NCBI GenBank assembly: GCA_965218295.1
Contig: CBDCKN010000009.1
Location: 384,001-448,000, forward strand
Reading direction: 5' to 3'
Origin: Longimicrobiales bacterium
GTDB lineage: Bacteria; Gemmatimonadota; Gemmatimonadetes; Longimicrobiales; Gaopeijiaceae
DNA: 64,000 nt
The position numbers and the translations under genes were made by a program. A model generated the notes under the pieces. That model searched no databases. It had not been told where the DNA came from and saw nothing but the letters and a program-made list of their open reading frames with translations. Shown piece after piece: positions 19,441 through 29,506 of this stretch. Positions within the stretch are counted from its first letter, which is position 1; every line of letters begins with the position of its first letter.

Positions 19441-19532
19441 TCGAGACCGTACCGGGTAGGCGCTCGCCTCCTGCGAGTCGCGCGTCCGGCTTCCGCTTGC
19501 GCGTACCGGCCCCCGCATCAGATGTTGACCAC

Positions 19533-21712
19533 GAAACGCTCGGCACCGACGACTGCGGCCAATTCAGGCTTCAGGACCTTGAGGGCGATCAAGACGACGG
19601 CGAATCGCAGCACCCGCACATCCTGCCGCTCTTCGACTCGGGCGAGGCCGACGGCTTCCTGTACTACGTGATGCCGTACGTGGACGGGGAGTCGCTGCGC
19701 CAGAAGCTTGACCGGGAGAAGCCGCTGGCCGGGGCCGAGGCGGTCGAGATCACCCGAGTGGTGGCGAGCGCGCTCAACTACGCGCACGAGCAGGGGATCG
19801 TCCACCGCGACATCAAGCCAGAAAATATTCTGCTCCATGACGGACAACCGGTTGTCGCGGATTTCGGCATCGCCCGGGCGCCGACGGCGGAGGGGAGCGA
19901 GCGGATGACGATCGCCCATGAGAGGCTCGGCACCGCCGCGTACATGAGCCCGGAGCAGGCGGCCGGAGAGGAGCACGTCGACGCGCGCAGCGACATCTTC
20001 AGCCTCGGCTGTGTGCTGTACGAGATGTTGGCCGGAGATCCGCCGTTCGCCGGTGCGTCGCCACAGGCGGTCATCGCCCAGCGCTTCATCCAAGAGTCAC
20101 CCAGCGTGCGCAAGAGGCGCCCGAGCGTGTCGCATCGAGTCGATGCTGCGATTCGAACGGCCATGGCCCTCGAGCCGGGCGACCGATTCCAGAGCGCCGC
20201 GCGCTTCGCCGACGCGATCTCCTCGGCGGGCCTCACGTCAGAGAACGGTGAGGAGGCGAAGAAGTCCATCGCCGTACTTCCTTTCACCAAGCCGTACTTC
20301 CTTTCACCAACATGAGCGCCGATCCCGACACCGAGTTCTTCAGCGACGGGATCACGGAAGAAATCCTGAACGCGCTGGTCAGACTCCCGGGCCTTCGGGT
20401 GATCGCGCGCACGTCGTCCTTTGCCCTCAAGGGCGTAAACCTGGACGTGCGAGAGGTCGGTGAGCGCTTGGGTGTGGGCATGGTACTGGAAGGGAGCGTT
20501 CGGAAGGCGGGCAACCAGTTGCGGATCTCGGCGCAGCTCGTCGACGCCATGGCCGGACACCAGCTCTGGTCCGAGCGCTACGATCGGGAGATGAGGGATA
20601 TCTTTGCCGTTCAGGACGAGATTACCGCCGCGATCCGCGACGCGCTCAGCGAGAGGCTGCTCGGCCTCGGGCGGGCGCAGCCGCAGGCGGAACGGGCGAT
20701 CGATTCTGAGACGTACGAGCTCTTCCTGCGGGGCCGGTTCTTCGTCGCGAAGCGCGCGGAGGGAATGAAGAGAGGGATGGAGTACTTGGCCGAGGTGGTC
20801 GCACGCGCCCCGGCATACGCTCCGGCGTACGCGGAGCTGGCGACCGCGTACAGCATCCTGACACACTACTGCGCGGTGCCGCCACGGATGGGATGGCCGA
20901 AGGTGCGCGAGCTGGCCGACGCCGCGCTGCAGCTCGACCCCAGGCTGGCGCGCGCACACGCCGAGCTTGGAGGTGCGGCGTTCTGGTTCGACTGGGACTG
21001 GCAGGAGGCACAGACGCACTTCGAGCGCGCCGTCTCCCTCGACCCGAATGATCCATGGGTCAACGTGCTGTTCGCGACGTACTTGTCGTCGCTCGGCGAG
21101 GCGGTCGAAGACTGCGAGCGCGCGAGATCCCTCGATCCACTCAATCCGTCGGTCAGCACGGGGCTCGCCATCACCCAGTTCCTCGCACTCCGTCACGAGG
21201 AAGCGGTTGCGGTGTGCGACCGGATCATCGATCAGGATGCCACCTACTCCGACGCTTACCGCGTCAAAGGTGGGGTGCTGCGGGAGCTCCGGAGGTTCGA
21301 CGAAGCGATCGACCCCACGGAGGCGGCCGTTAGGGCCTCGGGCGCACATCCCTGGATGGTGTCTCTCAGCGGGATGCTCCACGCGGCCGCCGGCCGAGTC
21401 GACGACGCCCGCGCGGTCGTGGAGGAGCTGATCGAGAGGCACACGAACGCAACGGCGCCCCCGCTCGTTCCCCCGCTGGCGATCGCACTGGTGCTCGGGC
21501 AGCTTGAGGATGCCGATGCCTATTTCAAGTGGATGGAGCGCTCGTTCGAGGCGCGCGATGGCTGGCTCGTGATGCTCCGCGCCGACCCTTCCTTCGAACG
21601 GCACAGCGAGGATCCGCGCTACTCCGATCTCGTCGAGCGCGTCGGAATCCCCGAATGGACTCCGACGTATCCACGGGCGACCACAACCCATGAGCACCCT
21701 CGCCCCGCGTGA
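19533..21712 (+). pseudogene. Ser/Thr kinase-TolB-like-TPR gene: 5'-truncated, N-lobe fragment inverted, frameshifted by a 20-bp duplication
   Basis: HPHILPLFDSG, HRDIKPEN, DFG, YMSPEQ; KSIAVLPF.NMS.DP..EFFSDGITEEI; TPR-like helices. Confidence 0.85.
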
Positions 21713-21778
21713 CCAGGAGGCTGGCGCCTGCATAGCACTCCGCGGTTGAGCTGGCACTGCCGGCTGACCCTCTAGCCC

Positions 21779-23513
21779 ATGGAAAGGTTCTACATCGGCC
21801 TCGCCACGAGCTTTCACGATCCCGCAGTGGCCGTGGTGAACTCGTCGGGGGAAGTCGTCTTCGCCGAGGCGTCGGAGCGATACCTACAGGACAAGAGAGC
21901 CCAAGGGTCTGCCGCGGACGTCCGTGAAACCGTCCGGCGAATCATTAGGGACTACTGTGATCTACGAGGCGAGTACGTCATCGCGAAATCGTGGAGCCGC
22001 AAAGCGACCAGGGCGTTGGACCTTCTCTACCTTCTCGGTTTCGCACGCCACGAGCGGCTGCCCCATCGACCCGGGGTCCCGAGCCGGTTCCTCGCCGATC
22101 GGCGCGCTCTGTTCGGATCCGTGTGGCAGCAGCACACAGCGAACAAACTCTCCGGCGGGCATTTCGCCGACGTTCTCTCCCGGCTCGGCCGTCCCCGAGT
22201 GTCCTACGTCGCCTTTCCGCACCATCTGACCCACGCCGCTACCGGCGGTTTCACGAGCCCGTTCGAGCAGGCCGCCTGCATGGTCGTCGACGGCCACGGC
22301 GAGGGGGGATCGATCAGCTACTTCGAGTACAGGGAGGGGCGGATCCGGCTCGTCAAGCGCATGCAGGGGGCGGAGAGTCTCGGCACGCTCTACTCGCTTT
22401 GCACCGATCTGTGCGGATTCAGCTCCGAGAAGGGCGAGCAGTGGAAGATGATGGGGCTGGCGCCCTACGGAAGGCTGAACCCGGAGATCCACCACGCCTT
22501 CAAGTCGCTGGCCAAGACCAACAGCATGACCTTCCGGTATCCACCCACCCGACGCGTCCGAGAGTGGGTCGAGGGGAATGAGACGCTGGGCGCGCCCCGA
22601 GGACGCTGATCCCATGGCGGCCGCGGATCTCGCGTTCACGACGCAGCACTTCTACGGCGAAGTGATGGACGGGCTGCTGAAGAGCTTCTATACGATGGGC
22701 CTCTCGGAGAATCTCGTCCTCGTCGGTGGCTGCGCGCTCAACTCCTCCTACAACGGTCAGATCGTGGGACGGACGGGCTTCAAGAAACTGCACGTTCCGA
22801 GCGCTCCGGCCGACGACGGGAACGCCGTGGGAGCGGCGCTCCTGGCCTACTACAAGGATCATCCGGAGAGGAAGCCCAGGGCCAGCGTGCATAGCCCCTA
22901 CCTCGGATCGCCCATCTCGAAACGCACGCTCGGCAACCTGGCCAGGTTCGGGCGCATCCCCGGGCTGCGCCACGTTCCGGATACCTTGCACCAGGATGCC
23001 GCCCGTCTGCTGGCAGAAGGCAAGCTGCTGGGATGGATCCAGGGTCGCGCCGAGTTTGGCCCGCGCGCCCTCGGCAACCGTTCCATCCTCGCCGATCCTC
23101 GCCACGAGAACGTGAAGGAGAGGATCAACTCGATGGTGAAGTTCCGGGAGGAATTCCGCCCGTTCGCCCCATCGATCCTGGATGAGTTCGGGGATGAGTA
23201 CTTCGAGGACTACCAGGTCTCACCGTACATGGAGCGGGCACTCGTCTTCAGAGAGAGCGCCCGTACGAAGGTGCTCGGCATCGTGCACGTGAACCAGACC
23301 GGCAGGTTGCAGTCCGTGCGGCGCGAGTGGAACGAGCGGTTCTACGATTTGATCCGGGCCTTCTACGATCAGACCGGCGTGCCGCTCCTGCTCAACACGA
23401 GCTTCAATGTGCTCGGCAAGCCCATCATCCATTCGTTGGAGGATGCCTTGGGGGTCTTCTACACCACGGGCCTGGATGTTTTGGTGGTCGAGGATTACCT
23501 GATCGAGAAGTGA
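21779..23513 (+). CDS. CmcH/NodU family O-carbamoyltransferase, frameshift in a G run at about 22573
   Basis: HDPAVA, ERY..DK, HHLTHA, VDGHGE, KMMGLAPYG; GGCALN, EFGPRALGNRSILADP, KFREEFRPFAPS, LLNTSFN. Confidence 0.9.
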
Positions 23514-23584
23514 GCTCCCGCCGCGGGACCTGGGGGTGCCTCCGCTGATCGTGATGCGAAGCCCGTGACCTGGAGTCAGCAGCC

Positions 23585-23697
23585 GTGAAGTATCCGAAGC
23601 GAAGCCAGTACAAGCACGCGAAATCTCAGTATCGGTTACGGAATTGGTCTGAGTACGAAGCTGGCCTCCAGCGTCGTGGCGACCATGCACCAACGCC
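23585..23697 (+). mobile_element. internally deleted IS5-family (IS903-group-like) remnant
   Basis: Transposase start KYPKRSQYK...YRLRNWSEYEAGLQRRGD joined directly to catgcaccaacgcc, which resembles an IS903-type terminal IR. Confidence 0.65.
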
Positions 23698-23769
23698 TGA
23701 GATTGCGGGGGTGGAGTGGGATTGTGGGGGGGAGTGGCGGTGGAGGCCGAAAGACCCCAGCCTTCACCT

Positions 23770-24520
23770 ATGAACTCAAAGCGAAGACCGTGCCGCGCCG
23801 GAGTGCTCCTCGCTGCGTTCTCGGTGGTCGCCTGTGCGACCCCGCCCGGGCTCGAGGCGCCGGCCCCGACAGCGCTCGAAGATCCCCTGGCCCTCCACTG
23901 GGCCCGCACCGCGGCGGAGCACCGGGCCGTATACGAGCAGACCTTCCGGTGGATCGGGGAGCGCGTGGCCGCCCAAGCACAGGGACGGGATCGGGGCACA
24001 TGGGCCGTGATCATGGATGCCGACGAGACGGTCCTGGACAACTCCGAGTATCAGCTTCGCCGGGCCCGCCAGGGCCTGGGTTACACTCCCAAGAGCTGGA
24101 ACGCCTGGGTGCGGGAAGAGGCCGCACCGGCGCTCCCAGGGGCCGTGGCGCTCGTGCGCAGGATCGGCGAGATGGGAGGGCGCGTGGCCATCGTCAGTAA
24201 CCGTGACGAGGAGGTGTGCGATCCGACGCGGCGTAACCTGGAGGCCGTGGGGTTGGACGTCGATGTGGTGCTGTGCCGGCAGCGCCCCGGGGGCAAAGAG
24301 GGCCAGTTCCGTGCGGTCGCGGAGGGAGGTACGTCAGCCGGCCTGCCTCGACTCGAGGTCGTGGCCTGGGTGGGGGACAACATCCAGGATTTTCCGGGAG
24401 GATCCCAGGAGCTCCGCGACGCGGAGCCCGAGTCGCTCGCCGATTTCGGGGTGCGTTTCTTCATCCTACCCAACCCTATGTACGGAAGCTGGGAGAGGAA
24501 CCCCCCCCCGAGATCCCTGA
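23770..24520 (+). CDS. class C acid phosphatase / e(P4) 5'-nucleotidase lipoprotein
   Basis: Lipobox VVAC, DADETVLDNS, SNR, GDNIQDF, LPNPMYGSWE. The likely stop is TGA 24518-20 if the 9-C run at 24501 has one C too many. Confidence 0.88.
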
Positions 24521-24612
24521 ACGCGCATCTGGGCGCACAGGATGGTGGAGGAGGGAGGCGTCCGAGGTCGCCGAACAGATGTCAGGGGGGCGCACCCGGA
24601 GTCGGCGGAACC

Positions 24613-27600
24613 TCAAGGCCCGTTCGCCTGCACCCCATCGTTGCCCACCTTCACGAGCCGCACGCGTGCCTTCCCGAACATCTCCTGAAGCTCGCCCAGG
24701 GCTTCCCCACTGGGATCGACCTTCAGTGTCCGCGACCGGAGAAGTGGTGAGAGCGTGCCGTTGTCACTGCCCAGCGTGAGCTCCACGGGCGCCGTTCCGG
24801 GGTGGGCCACCAGGACCTCCTTGGCCCGTGCGAATACGTGGGCGTCCAGCTCGGCCCCGATGGGGAGCTCGATCTGAAGGGCCAGCTTGCCACTGTTGGC
24901 GAGCCCCTCCAACAGGACGGCCTCGTCGAGAAAGATGGGCGGATCCTCTTCGTCCCGCTCGCGTCCGCTGACTTTCCCGGAGATGAGCACCACAACGTCC
25001 TGCTGGAGGACTTCCGTGTACTTCTGCCAGTTGTCCTTGAAGGCCAGGATGGTGGTGGTTCCGTGGAAGTCCTCTACGGTGATCTTCCCCCACTCCGAGT
25101 TGTCCCGGCGCGAGATCTGCCGCGCCACCTTGGTCACCACGCAAGCCAGCTGCACGGGCTGCCCCGCGTGGTCCTTGAGATTGCTCGAGTTCAGAAGGTC
25201 GAAGGCCCGGACCACGTCCCCATGGCGATCCAGCGGATGCCCGGAGATGAAGAAGCCCAGCGCCTCCTTTTCCCTCTTGAGGCGCTCCTGGTCGGGCCAC
25301 TCGGGCACGCCCGGCAGGCCCGGATCGGATCTCTCGAGGGCCGTCTCGCTGACTCCGAAAAGCGACCCTTGGCCGGCCTCCTCCTCGGCCTTCCGGGCGC
25401 TGATCTCCGAGTACGCCGTGTCGAGGCCGGCCAGGAGCTGGGACCGGTATCCGAACGAATCCAGGGCGCCCGCAGCGATCAGGGCTTCCGCCGCGCGCTT
25501 GTTCAAGGCCCGCAGGTCGACCCGCTCCAGAAAGTCGAACATGGTCTTGAAGGGCCCGTCGCTGCGGGCGGCCAGGATCGACTTCACCCCGCTCGACCCG
25601 ACGCCCCGGACCGCGCCCAGCCCGAATCGGATCTGCGTCTCGCTCACCACCGTGAATTTCCACCCCGACTCGTTCACATCCGGAGGGAGGACCTCGAGCC
25701 CGTCGTTCAGCTGTGGGAGGTACCGAGGCAGATCCCGGCACTCAGCGATGTACTTCACGACGTCGTCGGTGTTGGAGAGCACCGCCGAGAGCATGGCCGC
25801 CATGAACTCGGCCGGGAAGTGCGCCTTGAGCCACGCCGTGTGATACGAGAGGAGCGAGTACGCGACCGAATGGGACAGGTTGAAGCCGTACCGCCCGAAG
25901 GTCTCGATCTGTTCGGCGAGGTTCTGCGCGACACGCTTGTCAACGCCCCGCTCCACCGACTTGTCGATGAACTGAGCGAGCTCCTCCCGGATGAGCTTGG
26001 CGATCTTCTTTCCCATCGCCTTCCGGAGCACGTCCGCCTCGGCCATGTTGTAGCCCGCCAGGACGTTGGCGATGCGCATCACCTGTTCCTGATAGACGAT
26101 GATGCCGTACGTGGACTCCAGGACGGGCTCGAGATCCGGATGGTCGTAGCGCACCGGCTCCTGGCCGACCTTGCGCCGGATGTACGCGTCGGTCATGCCC
26201 GAGTCGAGCGGGCCCGGCCGAATGAGGGCGTTGGTGGCCACCAGGTCGTCGAAGCGGTCGCAGCGCATCGCTCGCAGCTTGTCCACCGCCAGTCGTGACT
26301 CGAACTGGAAGACGCCGGAGGTGCCGCCCCGAGCCAGCATCCGGTAGACGGCGGGGTCGTCCAGGGGGACGTCGTCCATGGTCTCGTAGACGTCGGCGCT
26401 CTCCGGGTGCCGTAGCTCTCCGAGCCGGGCCTTCACGGCCTCCACCGCGTCGTGGATGACCGTGAGGGTCTTGAGGCCCAGGAAGTCCATCTTGAGCATC
26501 CCCGCGTCCTCGAGGCAGTTCATGTCGTACTGTGTGACGTACGTTGCTTCGCCGGCGTCGCCGTTCGACCCGCTCTTCCCGGTCTGGATGCACACCGGCA
26601 CGTAGTCGTCCAGCGGACCGGGGGCGATGACGACGCCGGCGGCGTGGACCGAGGAATGCCTCGAGAGGCCCTCGAGCGTCATCGAGTAGTCGAAGAGCTG
26701 CTGGTATCGCCCCCCCTCCTCGTAGAGCTCCCTGACCTCCTTGAGCCCCTTCACGGCCTCCTCCACCGTGAAGGCTTGGCCGGGCGCGTTGGGGATCATT
26801 TTGGCGATGCGGTCGGTCTCGGATGGCTCGAACCCCAGAGTCCGCCCCACGTCCCGGATCACCGCCCGCGACTTCATGGTCCCGAAAGTGATGATCTGCC
26901 CGACGGCGTTCTGACCGTACTTGTCCTTCACGTAGTCGATGACTTCTCCCCGACGCTCGTAGCAGAAGTCGATGTCGATATCCGGCATCGAGATCCGCTC
27001 GGGGTTGAGGAAGCGCTCGAAGAGGAGCCCGAACTCCAGCGGATCCAGGTTGGTGATCCAGAGCGCGTAGGCCACGATGGACCCGGCGGCGGAGCCCCTT
27101 CCGGGACCCACGGGGATTCCGTGACGCCGGGCCCAGTCGATGAAGTCCCAGGTGATCAGGAAGTATCCGGCGTAGCCCGTCTCGGTGATGACGCCGAGCT
27201 CGTAGTCAAGTCGCTTCTGAACGGGCTCCGGCAGCGGACTGCCGTAGCGCTTCTCGGCGCCTTGGATCGCCAGGTGGACCAGGTACTCGTTCTCATCCTC
27301 GTGCCCCTCGGGCAGAGGGAACGCCGGCAGGTGGTAGGTCTTCTTGAAGCCGAGGTTCACCTCGTCGGCGATCTTGAGCGTGTTCTCGAGGACGTCGGGC
27401 CGGTCCGGAAATCGCTCGGCGATCTCCGGGGCGCTCTTGAAGTAGAGGCCCTGGTCGTAGCGCATGCGGCGCGGGTCGCTTCGGTCCTTCCCGAGGCCGA
27501 TGCACAGGAGCACGTCGTGGGCCTCGTGGTCCTCCGCCTGCAGGAAGTGGGCATCGTTCGTGGCGATGACCGGGAGCCCCATCTCCTCGCTCAGCTTGAA

Positions 27601-28170
27601 GATCTTGGTGTTGAGCTCGGCCTGTCCTTCCGAGTCGTGGGCCTGGACCTCCAGGTAGTAGCGGTCCCGGAAGAGGTTGGCGTACCAGTCGGCGGCTGCA
27701 CGGGCCCCCTCCCAGTTGTCGGCCATGAGGTTCCGGGCCACCTCCCCCGCCATGCAGGCGGAGCTGACGACGATGCCGCCGGAATGCGCCGCCAGGACCT
27801 CCCGGTCCACCCGCGGCCTGTGATAGAAGCCCTCCGTGTATCCGATGGAGGAGAGCTTCACGAGGTTCTCGTAGCCCTCCATGTCCCGGGCCAGAAGGAC
27901 CAGATGGTAGTAGGCCCGTTCTTCCTGGCCGACCTTCGAGCGGTCCCGGCGATCCCCGGGAGCCACGTAGGCCTCCATCCCGATAATGGGCTTGAGCCCT
28001 TCCTTGCTGGCCAGCTTGTGGAATGCCCAGGCGCCGAAGAGGCAGCCGTGGTCCGTAAGGGCCAGTCCGGGCATCTCGAATTCCTTGGCCCGGTGAACGA
28101 GGTCGGTGAGGCGGTTGGCTCCGTCGAGGAGGGAGTACTCGGAGTGTGTATGGAGGTGGACGAAGCTCAC
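24613..28170 (-). CDS. dnaE: DNA polymerase III alpha subunit
   Basis: HLHTHSEYSLLDGA PHP domain, GRGSAAGS, MPDIDIDF, KMDFLGL, YGFN.SH, C-terminal OB fold. Confidence 0.98.
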   Translation of the reverse strand: MSFVHLHTHSEYSLLDGANRLTDLVHRAKEFEMPGLALTDHGCLFGAWAFHKLASKEGLKPIIGMEAYVAPGDRRDRSKVGQEERAYYHLVLLARDMEGYENLVKLSSIGYTEGFYHRPRVDREVLAAHSGGIVVSSACMAGEVARNLMADNWEGARAAADWYANLFRDRYYLEVQAHDSEGQAELNTKIFKLSEEMGLPVIATNDAHFLQAEDHEAHDVLLCIGLGKDRSDPRRMRYDQGLYFKSAPEIAERFPDRPDVLENTLKIADEVNLGFKKTYHLPAFPLPEGHEDENEYLVHLAIQGAEKRYGSPLPEPVQKRLDYELGVITETGYAGYFLITWDFIDWARRHGIPVGPGRGSAAGSIVAYALWITNLDPLEFGLLFERFLNPERISMPDIDIDFCYERRGEVIDYVKDKYGQNAVGQIITFGTMKSRAVIRDVGRTLGFEPSETDRIAKMIPNAPGQAFTVEEAVKGLKEVRELYEEGGRYQQLFDYSMTLEGLSRHSSVHAAGVVIAPGPLDDYVPVCIQTGKSGSNGDAGEATYVTQYDMNCLEDAGMLKMDFLGLKTLTVIHDAVEAVKARLGELRHPESADVYETMDDVPLDDPAVYRMLARGGTSGVFQFESRLAVDKLRAMRCDRFDDLVATNALIRPGPLDSGMTDAYIRRKVGQEPVRYDHPDLEPVLESTYGIIVYQEQVMRIANVLAGYNMAEADVLRKAMGKKIAKLIREELAQFIDKSVERGVDKRVAQNLAEQIETFGRYGFNLSHSVAYSLLSYHTAWLKAHFPAEFMAAMLSAVLSNTDDVVKYIAECRDLPRYLPQLNDGLEVLPPDVNESGWKFTVVSETQIRFGLGAVRGVGSSGVKSILAARSDGPFKTMFDFLERVDLRALNKRAAEALIAAGALDSFGYRSQLLAGLDTAYSEISARKAEEEAGQGSLFGVSETALERSDPGLPGVPEWPDQERLKREKEALGFFISGHPLDRHGDVVRAFDLLNSSNLKDHAGQPVQLACVVTKVARQISRRDNSEWGKITVEDFHGTTTILAFKDNWQKYTEVLQQDVVVLISGKVSGRERDEEDPPIFLDEAVLLEGLANSGKLALQIELPIGAELDAHVFARAKEVLVAHPGTAPVELTLGSDNGTLSPLLRSRTLKVDPSGEALGELQEMFGKARVRLVKVGNDGVQANGP

Positions 28171-28376
28171 AGCGCTCGGTTCACACAGTCAGGTTGAGGG
28201 GGCGGTCGGGCACACTTCTCAGCGACGAAAGCGGTCGACGACCCTCCATTCTACACCGTGTGGGGAGAGGTCACAAAGAACCGGATGCGCCGATGGCGTA
28301 ACCACGCGCTTTGGGGTTCGAGAACTCCGCCACTGGGGGGGCGTCGAGTGCCGTGGGCCCCCGGGAGTGGCCCTCG

Positions 28377-28799
28377 CTACTCGATGACCCAGCTGTATTT
28401 TTCCCCGGAGTTCCACCTGGGCGGGGGCAGCATGTCCAGGAGCGTGAGGCCGAGCGTGGCGTCGGAGGTGATCAGGGTCACGCCGACGAAGAAGGGCGTG
28501 CCACCCCAGTTGTCGAAGTCCAGCACGTAGTCCGACTTCGTCAGGTCGAAGCCGTCGGGGAGGTACGCAGCCATGCCCGTGGGAACCACGCCCCGGCTGG
28601 CGTCCGGGGGCCAGGTGTTCTGGTCCGCCTGGAACTCGAGGGCGGCGACGCGAACGACCTCTATGTCGGCATACGCGTCCGCGGCTCTGGCTTTCACCAG
28701 AACGTCACTCAGCTTGGGCTGGGCGATGGCGGCCAGAATGCTGAGGATGAGGACGACGACCACCAGCTCGGCTAAAGAGAACCCTCTGCGATCAGTCAT
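28377..28799 (-). CDS. type IV pilin/pseudopilin-like protein
   Basis: RRG|FSLAELVVVVLI prepilin cleavage/methylation motif with Glu at +5. Confidence 0.85.
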   Translation of the reverse strand: MTDRRGFSLAELVVVVLILSILAAIAQPKLSDVLVKARAADAYADIEVVRVAALEFQADQNTWPPDASRGVVPTGMAAYLPDGFDLTKSDYVLDFDNWGGTPFFVGVTLITSDATLGLTLLDMLPPPRWNSGEKYSWVIE

Positions 28800-29314
28800 C
28801 CGCCCGCCGCCTGTGTGGTTACGATCTCTTTGGCATCCTGCAGGAGCTCCTCCGCGGGTTGTGTGGAGACATAGTCGATGGTGACTCCGGAGACGCTCCC
28901 ACGGAGTAGGAACGTTGAGTCGGCCATGGCTATGTATTCGACGCCGGCCAGGACGTCCTCTTCCGTTTCCAGGAGAGAGTTGGGAAGCCTCCCGTTGTCC
29001 CTCAGGAACTTCTGGATGCGGGTGAGCTGGAGGTACATCTCGATCCTGAGTCCCGCCTCTTGCACGGCCACCGGCACCTGCGGGGGAGGGGTCGGCTGCA
29101 GAGGCGGCGGGGGGAAGACCCAGAGCCAGAAGGAGATGCCGGCCAGCGCAGGCGCCAAGAGAGGACTGAGCTGGCGGCGGAGCGGATGCGCCGAGGCGTG
29201 CTGGCGGCGGTCCGAGCGGCGCCGCTGATCGGCAAGAACGTCCGATAGGGCGTCGCCGTATTCGCTACCGGTCTTGTCTTCCGGGCGAGAGGGGGGGTGC
29301 TTTTCTTCGGTCAT
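28796..29314 (-). CDS. hypothetical single-TM protein coupled to the pilin gene
   Basis: TM helix, Pro-rich linker, F.RDNGRLP.SL pilin-head-like segment; ATGA overlap. Confidence 0.65.
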   Translation of the reverse strand: MTEEKHPPSRPEDKTGSEYGDALSDVLADQRRRSDRRQHASAHPLRRQLSPLLAPALAGISFWLWVFPPPPLQPTPPPQVPVAVQEAGLRIEMYLQLTRIQKFLRDNGRLPNSLLETEEDVLAGVEYIAMADSTFLLRGSVSGVTIDYVSTQPAEELLQDAKEIVTTQAAGG

Positions 29315-29506
29315 TCGGCCTGTCGGGCGGGGTTCCGGTGTTCAAGGGTCAGCGATGCGGGTGCGCTCCATCATACAATGTACTAGCGCGGCGGCGTAGA
29401 GCCCAAGAATAAACATCGGGCCCGGCCCCCGCAGCCTTGTGGGCGGCCGCCGAACCGCGTATCAAGGTGGGACGCCCGTCGTATCGACCCGAATCCGGAC
29501 TTCGCC

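Noticed and set aside
24521..24750. C-terminal extension of the acid phosphatase overlapping dnaE
   Set aside because: It starts at a 9-C run just after the family's terminal motif; a one-base correction gives a stop at 24520.
24613..28170. Intein or split DnaE
   Set aside because: Normal length, continuous motifs and no intein signatures; only short insertions.
13502..28197. Long antisense ORFs (13502-15418, 19778-21817, 24802-26298, 26452-28197 and similar)
   Set aside because: Shadow frames of GC-rich genes with no recognisable motifs.
28190..28376. Possible ncRNA or riboswitch upstream of dnaE (also 36130-36390)
   Set aside because: No consensus I can recognise; an Rfam/Infernal search would be needed.
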